A stretch of 64,000 bases of DNA, from contig DASZAY010000012.1 of NCBI GenBank assembly GCA_035944555.1, positions 77,899 through 141,898 of the forward strand, read 5' to 3'. Shown in pieces: positions 1 through 9,263 of the stretch (position 1 is its first letter; the number at the start of each line of letters is the position of its first letter). Source of the DNA: Thermomicrobiales bacterium. GTDB taxonomy: Bacteria > Chloroflexota > Chloroflexia > Thermomicrobiales > UBA6265. Made by a program: the position numbers and the translations under genes. The notes beneath the pieces are model-generated. The model made no database searches and had not been told where the DNA came from. It was given only the letters and a program-made list of their open reading frames with translations.

Positions 1-254
1 GACGAACCGACCTGGATGTCGACGACCCTGGGGACCGAGAGGATCGCGTCGAGTCGTTCCGCGAGGCGATCGCGCCCGGGGACATCTGCGAGGATCGCTT
101 CGGTCCGGGCCTGCTGGGCGGCATCCCAGTCCCGGACGCGCGGGTCGTTCCCGTCCTCCAACCAGCGGTAAGGGTCCTTGATCTCGATGCCGTGGATCGT
201 CTCGCGGACGTCGTCTCGTGGCGTCTCGGGTATCGGTGGGTAAGTGGTACTCAT
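1..254 (-). CDS. Prolyl oligopeptidase (peptidase S9A) family protein, N-terminal fragment; gene runs off the window start
   Basis: Hand translation of the minus strand from ATG at 254 gives MSTTYPPIPETPRDDVRETIHGIEIKDPYRWLEDGNDPRVRDWDAAQQARTEAILADVPGRDRL... The HG-x-x-x-x-DPYRWLED ... V-x-x-W-x-x-x-Q pattern is the typical N-terminus of S9A prolyl endopeptidases. The ORF track omits it because the window edge truncates it. Confidence 0.7.
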   Translation of the reverse strand, partial: MSTTYPPIPETPRDDVRETIHGIEIKDPYRWLEDGNDPRVRDWDAAQQARTEAILADVPGRDRLAERLDAILSVPRVVDIQVGS

Positions 255-397
255 TGGGACGAAGTCTCCTCGGACGCGGTCGTTGTGGAGCGGGCGACCG
301 TACGGATGCGGCAAGGGCCAGCTATCCTCCAGGCAGTCGTGACATGGTACGTGAAACCAGCGAGGAAGCTGGCGACGAAGACCGTTCTGGAGGACTG

Positions 398-1777
398 ATG
401 GATCGCCCCGGAGACGACGCCATGCGGGCTGGCGACTTTGATATCGTCAGCGACCGGATCAATGAGCGCTCTGCGATGGCCGCCGGGATGATCGCCGATC
501 AGTCGGCCGGGGAGGCAGCCGCCGAGCTGGGACTGCGCCGGACCCAGGCGCTTCTCGAGCGCCTGGGACGCCCACAGGACGCCTATGCGGTCGTCCACGT
601 CGCCGGCAGCAAGGGCAAGGGCTCGACGAGCGCCATGATCGCTGCCTGCCTGAAGGCGGCCGGGCACCGGACTGGCCGCGCCACGTCGCCGCATCTCTAT
701 CGCTTCACCGAACGCATCGCGATCGACGGTCGCGACATTGAGGACGGGTGCTTTGCCGACGTGGCGACGGAAGTGCTCGACGCCGCCGAAGCCATGGAAC
801 AGGAGGATCCGACGCTGGGCACCGTCAACGCCTACGAGGTGCTGCTGGCCGTGGCGCTGGTCGCGTTCCGGCGAGCGGGTTGCGTGGCGGTCGTTGTTGA
901 GGTCGGGATCGGCGGGCGACTCGACGCGAGTAACGTCGTCGACCCGGCGGTTTCCGTGATCACCACGTTGGATCTCGAGCACACCGCCATCCTGGGACCG
1001 ACGCTCGTCGACATCGCCCGCGAGAAGGCTGGCATCACCAAGCCGGGCCGGGCCGTGGTCGTCGCTCCACAGCCACCGGACGCAATGGCGGTCATCCGAC
1101 GCCGGGCGGCGGAAATGAGCAGTCCCCTGGTTGTGGTCGGGAGTGACGACATCACTGTTGCGCCGGTACCGCGGCGCTTGCCCGGCCCCCACCAGCGGCT
1201 GAACGCGGCGGTGGCGACGGCCGCCGTCCGGGAACTTGCCGGATCCCGCCCGGAACTGCGCGTCGACCGCCACGCGATCGTCGCCGGGATCGAGGCAGCG
1301 CACCTTCCTGGTCGATTCGAGATCATCGAAGCGGCACGCGTGTCACGGTTCGCCGCCAGGGACGATCCGCTGGCCGTCGTCGTGCTTGATGGGGCACACA
1401 CTCCGCTGGCCGCCGCCGCGCTCCGCGAGACAGTCATCTCGGAGTTCGGCCCGGATCGGCCGGTTCATGCGGTCGTTGGCCTAGCGAGCGACAAGGATGT
1501 CAGGGCGGTCCTGAGTGCCCTGGAGCCGGCCCTGGTACTGCCCGTCGCGGCCGCGTCCCCTCGGTCCATTCCCGTATCGACTATCGCGGCCACGGCGCGG
1601 GGGATGGGGATCAATGTCGTCACGGCGGGTGGTGGTGCGGTGGCGGAAGGGATCCGGGAGGCACTGCGCCTGGATCCGGTCGCGGTCGTCGTCGTGACCG
1701 GGTCCTTCAGCGTGGTGGCGGATGCGCGGGTCGCCTTCGGCCTGGATCTCTCGCCGCCGGACGTCTCGCTCCTTTGA
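398..1777 (+). CDS. folC: Bifunctional folylpolyglutamate synthase / dihydrofolate synthase
   Basis: The ORF 218..1777 contains HVAGSKGKGSTSAMIAACLKAAGHRTGRATSPHLYRFTERI, the Mur-ligase/FPGS P-loop region, and has FPGS-like length. Start chosen at ATG 398 (MDRPGDD...). The upstream part of the ORF is R/G-rich and unlikely to be coding. The exact start is uncertain. Confidence 0.88.
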   Translation: MDRPGDDAMRAGDFDIVSDRINERSAMAAGMIADQSAGEAAAELGLRRTQALLERLGRPQDAYAVVHVAGSKGKGSTSAMIAACLKAAGHRTGRATSPHLYRFTERIAIDGRDIEDGCFADVATEVLDAAEAMEQEDPTLGTVNAYEVLLAVALVAFRRAGCVAVVVEVGIGGRLDASNVVDPAVSVITTLDLEHTAILGPTLVDIAREKAGITKPGRAVVVAPQPPDAMAVIRRRAAEMSSPLVVVGSDDITVAPVPRRLPGPHQRLNAAVATAAVRELAGSRPELRVDRHAIVAGIEAAHLPGRFEIIEAARVSRFAARDDPLAVVVLDGAHTPLAAAALRETVISEFGPDRPVHAVVGLASDKDVRAVLSALEPALVLPVAAASPRSIPVSTIAATARGMGINVVTAGGGAVAEGIREALRLDPVAVVVVTGSFSVVADARVAFGLDLSPPDVSLL

Positions 1778-1913
1778 TGTTTTGCGCGATTGGCGCCGGT
1801 ATCGCTGCCGACGGCCCGGACCGATGAAACCGGAATGTCGACATGCGCGTAGATCAGCGTGACACCACGAACGGGTGTGCCGATCGTCGGTGTGGCGTGA
1901 TCGAGTGACGGTG

Positions 1914-2525
1914 ATGGTGCCAGAGGCAACCAGGGATGACGCCGGGAACCGGGCGGAGTTCAGCGACGCGGACCTGATCGGTCTGGCCTCGCAGGGCGAT
2001 CCGCAGGCGCTCGAAGTCCTGTACGACCGTTACTCACGCGTCGTCTTCTCCTTTGCCCTGCGAATCGTGAACGATCAGCTGATCGCTGAGGAAGTACTCC
2101 AGGAAGTGTTCTTCCGTGCCTGGCAACAGGGTGGCTCGTTCCGGGCCAGCAAGGGGACGTTCCTGACGTGGCTGCTCAGCATCACGCACAACATGGCGAT
2201 TGACGAGGTGCGAAAGCGCAAGCGTCGACCCCAGCGTTCGGACAGCGATGACCCGGACGTCGTGCTGGCGGCAGTTGCCGATGGCGGACCGAGTGTCGAG
2301 GACGAAGTCTGGCTCCGCTCCTTGCGGGACCGTATCGCCCGGGCACTGGACACCTTGCCGGCGGCGCAGCGAGAAGCGATCGAACTGGCGTACTTTCGTG
2401 GCATGACCCACCGTGAGATCGCCGAGGCGCTCGGCGAACCATTGGGAACAATCAAGACCAGGATGCGGCTCGGTATGCTGAAGCTCCGTGATCAGCTGGA
2501 TGGCAGTGAGGTGGGTCTGGCGTGA
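1914..2525 (+). CDS. RNA polymerase ECF-type sigma-70 factor
   Basis: Region 2 (LYDRYSRVVFSFALRIV..AEEVLQEVFFRAW) and region 4 HTH (REAIELAYFRGMTHREIAEALGEPLGTIKTRMRLGMLKLR) are both present. Start taken at ATG 1914; GTG 1875 is an alternative. Confidence 0.9.
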   Translation: MVPEATRDDAGNRAEFSDADLIGLASQGDPQALEVLYDRYSRVVFSFALRIVNDQLIAEEVLQEVFFRAWQQGGSFRASKGTFLTWLLSITHNMAIDEVRKRKRRPQRSDSDDPDVVLAAVADGGPSVEDEVWLRSLRDRIARALDTLPAAQREAIELAYFRGMTHREIAEALGEPLGTIKTRMRLGMLKLRDQLDGSEVGLA

Positions 2526-3544
2526 GTGATCTCGATGGGCAGAATGTGCGGCAGTTCCGGGCGCGTGGTGCGGGCGTGACCCGGATGTCGAGCGCGAGTG
2601 AGCCGGGTGTCGCCGGCGAAACCAACCGGCCGATCCGGCGCCTTGCCGCGCCGATCACGCAGCCGTTCCCGGTGGCGTCCGATCACGGCCAGGCGCCGGA
2701 CGAGCACGTCGACGACCTGATCCCGGCCTACGCCCTCGGTGCGCTTGATGCCGACGAGCGAGTCGCCGTCGAGCGTCACGCGAGCTACTGCCCGACCTGT
2801 GCCCGCCAGCTGGCTGACATGCGCCGCACGGCGACCATGCTGCCGTTCTCGGTCGCGACGGCCGCGCCGTCGCCGGACGTCAAGGCGGCGCTGTTCGCCC
2901 GGATCGCCCACAGCACGGCGCCGGTCACCGCCGAGAACGCTGAGGAGTACCAGTGGGCCCGCCCGGTTCAGGCCAAGCCGCAGGTGACCCTGCCTTCTTC
3001 AGGCACCTGGCTGGATTCACAGACCTTCACCGCCGTCACGCCACCCGCTGCGACCGCTGTCCGCAAGCCGCGCCGCTCGATCGGCCGGGCGCTCGGGATC
3101 TCGGTGCCGGTCTTTCTCACGTTCGGGCTGCTCGCCCTGTTCGTCATCCCACAGATGCTGCCCTCCGACGATTCAAACAACCAAGACTTCATCGAGCTCC
3201 TGGGCAACACCGCCGCCGACTGCACTGGTGAGGGGAACCCGCTCGTCACCTCGACCGGGATCGTCGCGTGCGGGTACGTCCAGCCTTCGACCACGGCCAA
3301 CCTGGCGACTGTTTACGTCAGCAACCTGATCGACAGCACGGTCCGCGAGGGCTACGTCGTCAATCTGGCCGAGGATGGTTCCTACCGCGGTATTGGTCCG
3401 CTGACGATGACCGGTCCCGCGACCGGGGAGCTTCAATTCAGTATTCCGGCGGGTACAAACGCCAACACTGCCCGCCTCTGTATCACTGGGGCGGACGAGG
3501 ATCCCAATCTGGTCTGCACGACTGACCTGACGCCGGCTGCCTGA
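2522..3544 (+). CDS. Anti-sigma factor (zinc-finger/RskA-like N-terminus, single TM, extracytoplasmic C-terminal domain)
   Basis: The GTGA start/stop overlap with the sigma gene suggests translational coupling. Contains LIPAYALGALDADERVAVERHASYCPTCARQL, an anti-sigma H-x3-C-x2-C type motif, and one TM segment (ISVPVFLTFGLLALFVIPQML). An internal start at 2585 is possible. Confidence 0.75.
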   Translation: MSDLDGQNVRQFRARGAGVTRMSSASEPGVAGETNRPIRRLAAPITQPFPVASDHGQAPDEHVDDLIPAYALGALDADERVAVERHASYCPTCARQLADMRRTATMLPFSVATAAPSPDVKAALFARIAHSTAPVTAENAEEYQWARPVQAKPQVTLPSSGTWLDSQTFTAVTPPAATAVRKPRRSIGRALGISVPVFLTFGLLALFVIPQMLPSDDSNNQDFIELLGNTAADCTGEGNPLVTSTGIVACGYVQPSTTANLATVYVSNLIDSTVREGYVVNLAEDGSYRGIGPLTMTGPATGELQFSIPAGTNANTARLCITGADEDPNLVCTTDLTPAA

Positions 3545-3567
3545 ACTTCACCTACAGGTTGAGAGAA

Positions 3568-3612
3568 ATGAGACAGACCCGCTGGAGCAATCCTCCAGCG
3601 GGTCTGTCTCAT
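3568..3612. terminator. Perfect 20-bp hairpin (loop CAATC) between convergent genes; likely an intrinsic, I-shaped terminator without a U-tract
   Basis: ATGAGACAGACCCGCTGGAG-caatc-CTCCAGCGGGTCTGTCTCAT lies 24 nt after the anti-sigma stop. No T-run follows it. Confidence 0.6.
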
Positions 3613-3870
3613 CTCGTCCACCGACGGACGGAATTCCAGCAAGGCGCACAGCGGCGCCGGAGCGGATCGGATTCTGACAGCCATTAACGACAGGTTGACT
3701 GGCCCAGTAACTTTGGTCCACTGCGTTAGCCAGTGCACGAGCCGGGCAAGCACAGCCTTAACGTGCAGGAGGCTCTTATGCCGGCCACCGTCAGGACGGG
3801 ATCGGCGCCTGCGTTCAATGTAGTGACGGCCCGGGGAGCGAGATCGCCCGCAACTACGGCGTGAAGCCGG

Positions 3871-4938
3871 TCACGCCTCGGTCGGAGCAACTTCTGTCGG
3901 CCGGGGCCGGTTGCGCAGCCAGAGCCGGAGCACGCCGTACAGGACAGGGATCGCGAGGAACATGCAGATCCGGTAGCTGACAGCGGCGACCAGTGCCGGT
4001 GCCGCCGCAGCGCCCTCGACCCCCGCGACGGCGACCATCATCGCTTCCCGCACTCCGGTGCCGCCCGGGACCATGCTGGCCATGCCGACCAGCCACGGAA
4101 GCGTCGCCATCCCCAGGATCATCCGGATGTGGTGATCGGCATTGAGGGCGTCGAGCAGCACCCACAACACCGCGCCCTGGGTTAACCAGTAGAGCAGGGT
4201 GACGCCCATCGCGACCGCAAAGACGCCGGGACGACGCCTGGGCGCCAGGAACAGGTCTCCAGCGGCACGGATAGCCTTGGCGCGGACGACGCGGCTGCGG
4301 AGGGCGAGGATCACCACCCCGGCGATCCCGACCGCGATCACCGCGCCAAGGGCGAACAGCAGCGTCGTCGGAATGGTTTCGAGAACGCTCCATGAGGCGG
4401 GGGCGAGCAAAAGCCAGAGCGTGGCGCCGGCGGCCAGGATGAGGACGTCGGCCAGCAGCTCCCATGCGGCGACCGTGCTCGTCTGACCGAAGCTCAGGCC
4501 GATCGCTCGCTTGGTCAACGCGGCCCGGGCCGGGATCGCGACGCTGACCGGCGACACGTAGTTCAACGCGACGGATGTGAGGAAGGCTTCGGCGGCCCGG
4601 GGCAGGTCGGACCGGCCAGCGATCAGGATGACCAGGATGTGCCAGCGCAGGCAGTTCAGGGCCAGTCCGGCGAGGAACAGCACCGCGCCCCCAACCAGCT
4701 GATACCGGTTGGCTGTCCGCACCGTTTCGACGATCTCACCGAGCGAACCGCGCGCCCAGAGCACCGCGAGGGCGACGACGATAACACCGAGGAAGATCAG
4801 GGGCGTCGGGACCTTCCCGACGATGCGGCGGAAGCGGAGCAGCGGGGCGAGCAGACGCCTGACGGCGGGAGGGAGCGCCGGTGCTCCACCCGCCGTCACT
4901 TCGTCCGCGACTCCATCAGGCACGGCGGGGGATGTCAT
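3871..4938 (-). CDS. Flippase-like / lysylphosphatidylglycerol-synthase-TM-region (UPF0104) family membrane protein
   Basis: Polytopic membrane protein, about 8 TM by eye, with an LNCLRWHILV motif region typical of UPF0104. It sits directly downstream of and slightly overlapping a GT2 gene, which is a common pairing. Start set at ATG 4938 (MTSPAVPDG); the ORF-track start at 5070 would overlap the GT2 gene by 155 nt. Confidence 0.6.
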   Translation of the reverse strand: MTSPAVPDGVADEVTAGGAPALPPAVRRLLAPLLRFRRIVGKVPTPLIFLGVIVVALAVLWARGSLGEIVETVRTANRYQLVGGAVLFLAGLALNCLRWHILVILIAGRSDLPRAAEAFLTSVALNYVSPVSVAIPARAALTKRAIGLSFGQTSTVAAWELLADVLILAAGATLWLLLAPASWSVLETIPTTLLFALGAVIAVGIAGVVILALRSRVVRAKAIRAAGDLFLAPRRRPGVFAVAMGVTLLYWLTQGAVLWVLLDALNADHHIRMILGMATLPWLVGMASMVPGGTGVREAMMVAVAGVEGAAAAPALVAAVSYRICMFLAIPVLYGVLRLWLRNRPRPTEVAPTEA

Positions 4939-6118
4939 CCCGCTCGCTTCCGGTATTCGGCGACGTGGCGGTGGAGGGATCAGCCTCGCTGATGGAGTCT
5001 CCCAGGTCAGGCGCCGTGTCGAGGCCGATCGAGGCTCGGATCTGCTGGGCGATCCCCGATCTCGGTGCATTTGACCCGTGCGTCAGGAACTCACCGAGCA
5101 GGCCGAGCGCGAAGAACTGCGTACCGATCACGATCAGCAGGACGGCCAGCAGGAGCGCTGGGCGGTTGCCGATCGAGGATCCGGTGATCAGCTTGTCCGC
5201 CGACAACCAGAATGCGAGCAGCACGCCGAGCGCCAGCGCCGACAGGCCCGGCAGGCCGAACAGGTGCATCGGGCGCTGGCGGTACTGCGTCAGGAACGTC
5301 ACGGTCAGTAGATCGAGGAAACCCTTGACCAGCCGCGACCAGCCGTACTTCGAGCGCCCCCATGTCCTCGGGTGGTGCTTGACGGGCAACTCGCCGATCC
5401 GGTAGCCGTCCGCCGAGGCAAGGACCGGAGTAAACCGGTGGAGCTCGCCATACAGCCGGAGGCTCCGGGCGACTTCATTGCGGTAGGCCTTGAAGCCACA
5501 ATTGAAGTCGTGGAGCTGGACGCCGCTGGCTCGGCGAACCGTCCAGTTGAAGATCCGGCTCGGGAACGTCTTGCCGAGCGGGTCCTGCCGCCGCTGCTTC
5601 CAGCCCGAGACCAGGTCATACCCCTCGTCGAGCATCGCCAGGAAGTTGGGCAGCTCGTCCGGGTCGTCCTGCAGGTCGCCGTCCATCGTGATGATCACGT
5701 CACCTCGCGCCACGGCGAACGCGTTGGCCAGGCCCTCGGCCTTACCGAAGTTGCGGCGGTGGCGCAGCCCGATGACGCGGTGATCCGCCCGGTTGAGCTG
5801 GCCGATGACGGACCAGGTCCGGTCAGTGGAGCCATCGTCGACGATCAGGATCTCGTAAGGGAGGTTGACCTGCTCCAGGACGTCAGTCAGGCGGGCGTGA
5901 AGGGTCGGGAGGTTGCCCTCCTCGTTGTGGCAGGGAATGACGACCGAGATCGATCGGATCGGGTCGCGGCCATCGGAGACGCCCGGGATGGATTGGGTGC
6001 CGGTCATCGTTTCGCTCGCGTCGCTGGCGCGGCCATTGGCGCCGGGCTCGACACTGGTGCGGGTCCGCTGCTTGCTCCCCGGCATCGCGACCGAGGCGCT
6101 GGACTCGATCTGGACCAC
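4916..6118 (-). CDS. Family 2 glycosyltransferase, polyprenyl-phosphate glycosyltransferase (GtrB/DPM1-like) with C-terminal TM helices
   Basis: Contains ISVVIPCHNEEGNLPTLHARL..YEILIVDDGSTDRT..ITMDGDLQDDP, the GT2 DxD region, plus two C-terminal TM segments as in GtrB-like enzymes. The start is ambiguous: GTG 6118, ATG 6085 or ATG 6007. Confidence 0.85.
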   Translation of the reverse strand: MVQIESSASVAMPGSKQRTRTSVEPGANGRASDASETMTGTQSIPGVSDGRDPIRSISVVIPCHNEEGNLPTLHARLTDVLEQVNLPYEILIVDDGSTDRTWSVIGQLNRADHRVIGLRHRRNFGKAEGLANAFAVARGDVIITMDGDLQDDPDELPNFLAMLDEGYDLVSGWKQRRQDPLGKTFPSRIFNWTVRRASGVQLHDFNCGFKAYRNEVARSLRLYGELHRFTPVLASADGYRIGELPVKHHPRTWGRSKYGWSRLVKGFLDLLTVTFLTQYRQRPMHLFGLPGLSALALGVLLAFWLSADKLITGSSIGNRPALLLAVLLIVIGTQFFALGLLGEFLTHGSNAPRSGIAQQIRASIGLDTAPDLGDSISEADPSTATSPNTGSERDDIPRRA

Positions 6119-6242
6119 GCACTGTTCTCCCGCTGAGGGCCTCTGAGGGCGACAGGTTCTCGCAACACCGACGGACTATATCGCCCGGCGTCCGGGCGGC
6201 GCAACGGGCGAGCCCGTCCGGACGCACGGATTGCGGCGACGC

Positions 6243-7562
6243 CTAGCGTCCGCCGTCCACCTCGTTCCGGAACGCCGCCGAGAACGCGGCGATCGTCCGG
6301 TCGATATCGGCATCGGAGTGGGCGAGGGAGGGGAAGAGCACCTCGTACTGGGAGGGTGCGACATAGACGCCCTGACCAAGCAGGTGATGGAAGATCCGGG
6401 CGTATGCTCCGGCGTCGCTCCGCTTGGCGTCCTCGTAGTTGCGGACCGGGCCAGCCTGCATGTACCAGCCGCCCATGGCACCGGCCCGGGCGGTCGTCAC
6501 CGCCACGCCAGTCTCCCGCGCGGCCGTCTCGATCCCGTCCATCAGCCGGTCGGTCGTCGCGACGATCCCGTCGAACACGCCCGGCCGGGTGAGCATCTCC
6601 AGCGTCGCGTTGCCGGCGGCCGTCGCCACCGGGTTGCCGGAGAGCGTTCCGCCCTGGTACATCGATCCGACCGGCGCGACGTGCCGCATGATCGATTCCG
6701 GCCCGGCGTACGCCGCCAGCGGGAAGCCACCGCCCACGACCTTGCCCAGCGTGACGATGTCAGCCGTGACACCCGACCACGTTGAGGCACCGCCAAGGGC
6801 GACCCGGAAGCCGGTCATCACCTCGTCGAAGATCAGCAGGGCGCCATGCTCGCGGGTGATGTCGCGAAGACCCTGGAGGAACCCAGGCTCCGGCAGGACC
6901 ATGCCCATGTTGCCGGCGATCGGCTCGACGATGATCGCCGCGATCCGCTCCGCGGCCGCGTTGAACAACTCGCGGACGGCGGCAAGGTCGTTGTATGGCG
7001 CGACCAGCGTGTCGGCCGTGACGGCGGCGGGGACGCCCGGGCTGTCGGGCAGGCCGAACGTGGCGACGCCCGACCCGGCCTGGACGAGCAGCAGATCGGC
7101 GTGCCCGTGGTAGCAGCCGGCGAACTTCACGATCCGGTCCCGGCCGGTCGCGGCGCGGGCGAGCCGGAGCGCGCTCATCGTCGCCTCGGTCCCGGAGGAC
7201 ACCAGCCGGACCTGCTCTACACCGGGGACGAGGGAGGCAATCCGTTCGGCCAGCGCCGTCTCCGCTTCGGTCGGCGCCCCGAACGACGTTCCCCGTCGGA
7301 CGGCGGCGATCACCGCCTCCGTCACCTCAGGATGCGCGTGTCCGAGGATCATCGGCCCCCAGGACATGACGTAGTCGAGATACTCGTTCCCGTCGAGGTC
7401 GGTGAAGCAGGCCCCGGCGGCATGGTCGTAGTAGACCGGCGTGCCACCGACGCCACGGAACGCTCGCACGGGACTGTTCACCCCGCCGGGAATTACGTCC
7501 CGGGCGCGAGCAAACGCATCGGCGGAGCGAGGCAGGTCACGGGTTGCGGTGGCCGTCGTCAT
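6243..7562 (-). CDS. hemL: Glutamate-1-semialdehyde 2,1-aminomutase
   Basis: Contains GGVNSPVRAFRGVGGTPVYYDHAAGACFTDLDGNEYLDYVMSWGPMILGHAHPEV, has the length of a class-III aminotransferase, and lies directly downstream of hemA. Confidence 0.95.
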   Translation of the reverse strand: MTTATATRDLPRSADAFARARDVIPGGVNSPVRAFRGVGGTPVYYDHAAGACFTDLDGNEYLDYVMSWGPMILGHAHPEVTEAVIAAVRRGTSFGAPTEAETALAERIASLVPGVEQVRLVSSGTEATMSALRLARAATGRDRIVKFAGCYHGHADLLLVQAGSGVATFGLPDSPGVPAAVTADTLVAPYNDLAAVRELFNAAAERIAAIIVEPIAGNMGMVLPEPGFLQGLRDITREHGALLIFDEVMTGFRVALGGASTWSGVTADIVTLGKVVGGGFPLAAYAGPESIMRHVAPVGSMYQGGTLSGNPVATAAGNATLEMLTRPGVFDGIVATTDRLMDGIETAARETGVAVTTARAGAMGGWYMQAGPVRNYEDAKRSDAGAYARIFHHLLGQGVYVAPSQYEVLFPSLAHSDADIDRTIAAFSAAFRNEVDGGR

Positions 7563-7625
7563 GGCAGGTCTCCGGTAGTGCTGGTGCGACCGTGCCCCCG
7601 CAAGCTGTGGATGGGCCGGGCGCGC

Positions 7626-9008
7626 CTAGTCGGCGGGGATGGAGGCTCGCACCGGGATGGGGCAGGCACCAGGATTGTCGGACTCGGTCCGGACCGGAGC
7701 CACGGGCGGGATGACCCCTGGTGCTTCGAGACCGAACAGCCGGGCCAGCGCGGCGGCGTCGTCCAACCGCGACGCGCTGTCCGCGCGGGTCAGGTTGGAG
7801 GTCGGCGTGTGGAGGAGCTTGTTGGTCAGCCCGGCCGCCAGCGCCGCGACGACTTCGCGGTCACGGTCTGACAGGTGGCCGAGACGGCTAAATGCCTTGC
7901 AGAGCTCGATCTCGCGGAGCTCGTCCGCCCGCTCCCGAAGCGCGGCGATGGTCGGACTGACCTGCCGACCCTCGTGCCAGGCTCGGAACTGCCGCAGGCC
8001 ATCCGCGATCAGGTGCTCGACGTGGATGATCTCCGCGGCCTGACCGGACCGGTAGCCCGCGGCGATCTCTTCGAGGGCATCGACATCACGCAGCAGGACC
8101 CGGGAGTCGTCAGCAACGGCCGGGTCGACGCACCGCGGCAACCCGACGTCCATCAATACCAGCGGCGCGCCCGTTCGGCGAACCTGGCTCATCGTCGCCG
8201 GAGTGATCACCGGGCGGTCGCCGGCGGTCGCGGCGATGGCGAGGTCGGCCATGGCGAGCACGTCCGGCAGCTGATCGAGCGCGATCGCTTCGCCGCCCGT
8301 CTGGGCAGCCAGCGTCTCGGCGCGGGACCGAGTCCGGTTGGCGATCAGCAGGCGCCCGACCTGGCCGGTCCGAAGTAGCTTGGCGGCCAGCGTCCCCATC
8401 GGGCCGGCGCCGATGACGACGGCCGTCCGACCCCGCAGCGGGTTGACATGGGCGACGGGAGCGGGACACGGCATCCGCTCCAGGTCCATCCGGTCCAGCG
8501 CGACAAGGATGGGGCAGGCAGCCGTAAATTCCCGGGCCGCCAGCGCGACCGCAGCGTGGGCAATGGAAGTCTTGTTGCGGGCAATGTCCGTGTGCGTTCG
8601 TGCCTGCTTGCCGACCTTGAGCGCGTCGGTTGCCAGCCGGGAGATGAACGGGCCGACGATTCCGGCCGAACGGGCGGCGCCCAGCGCGTCCCGGATCTGC
8701 CCGAGGATCTGGGGCTCACCCAGGACCATCGACTCCAGCCCGGCGGCGACCCGGAACAGGTGACGGACCGCGGCGTCATCCGTCAGCGCGACGGTAGCGG
8801 ATTCGACGTCACGCAGCCCGACCCCTGTCGCTTCGACGACGAAGCGGGTCAGGCGACTGACGGCGTCGTGCGGATCCTGGCCGGAAACGACGGCGTAGAC
8901 CTCGACCCGGTTGCAGGTAGAGAGGATCATCCCCTCGGCGGCGTGCCGGCCGAGCAGCGCCAGGCCATCCGCCAGCCGGTCGGCCGGGAACGACAGCTGC
9001 TCACGCAA
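7626..9008 (-). CDS. hemA: Glutamyl-tRNA reductase (coordinates start at the first canonical start, TTG 9008; the conserved N-terminus continues upstream, see findings)
   Basis: Contains the ILSTCNRVEVYA active-site Cys motif and the NAD-binding VVIGAGPMG, and has HemA-like length. The upstream in-frame sequence [21 protein letters not shown] matches the usual HemA N-terminus. Confidence 0.9.
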   Translation of the reverse strand: MREQLSFPADRLADGLALLGRHAAEGMILSTCNRVEVYAVVSGQDPHDAVSRLTRFVVEATGVGLRDVESATVALTDDAAVRHLFRVAAGLESMVLGEPQILGQIRDALGAARSAGIVGPFISRLATDALKVGKQARTHTDIARNKTSIAHAAVALAAREFTAACPILVALDRMDLERMPCPAPVAHVNPLRGRTAVVIGAGPMGTLAAKLLRTGQVGRLLIANRTRSRAETLAAQTGGEAIALDQLPDVLAMADLAIAATAGDRPVITPATMSQVRRTGAPLVLMDVGLPRCVDPAVADDSRVLLRDVDALEEIAAGYRSGQAAEIIHVEHLIADGLRQFRAWHEGRQVSPTIAALRERADELREIELCKAFSRLGHLSDRDREVVAALAAGLTNKLLHTPTSNLTRADSASRLDDAAALARLFGLEAPGVIPPVAPVRTESDNPGACPIPVRASIPAD

Positions 9009-9263
9009 GTCCAGCGTGGCGCTATGGAAGTCGGATCCGATCGCGACCAGCCGCGGGGTGGCCGGCGTCTCGCCGTACGCGTTCAGCCTAGGATCTCCCG
9101 TGGTCGCGGCCAGCGGGCGCGGGACCAGATGAGAACGATGTGCAAACAGACGTTAGGATACGCCACCCGGCCCGCGAAAGAACATAGGTTTGCGCATGTT
9201 TTCTTGCGGTCGGTGCATCCGTTCAAGGGACCTCGAACCGCAGTGTCGCAAGGTTGGAATTCG

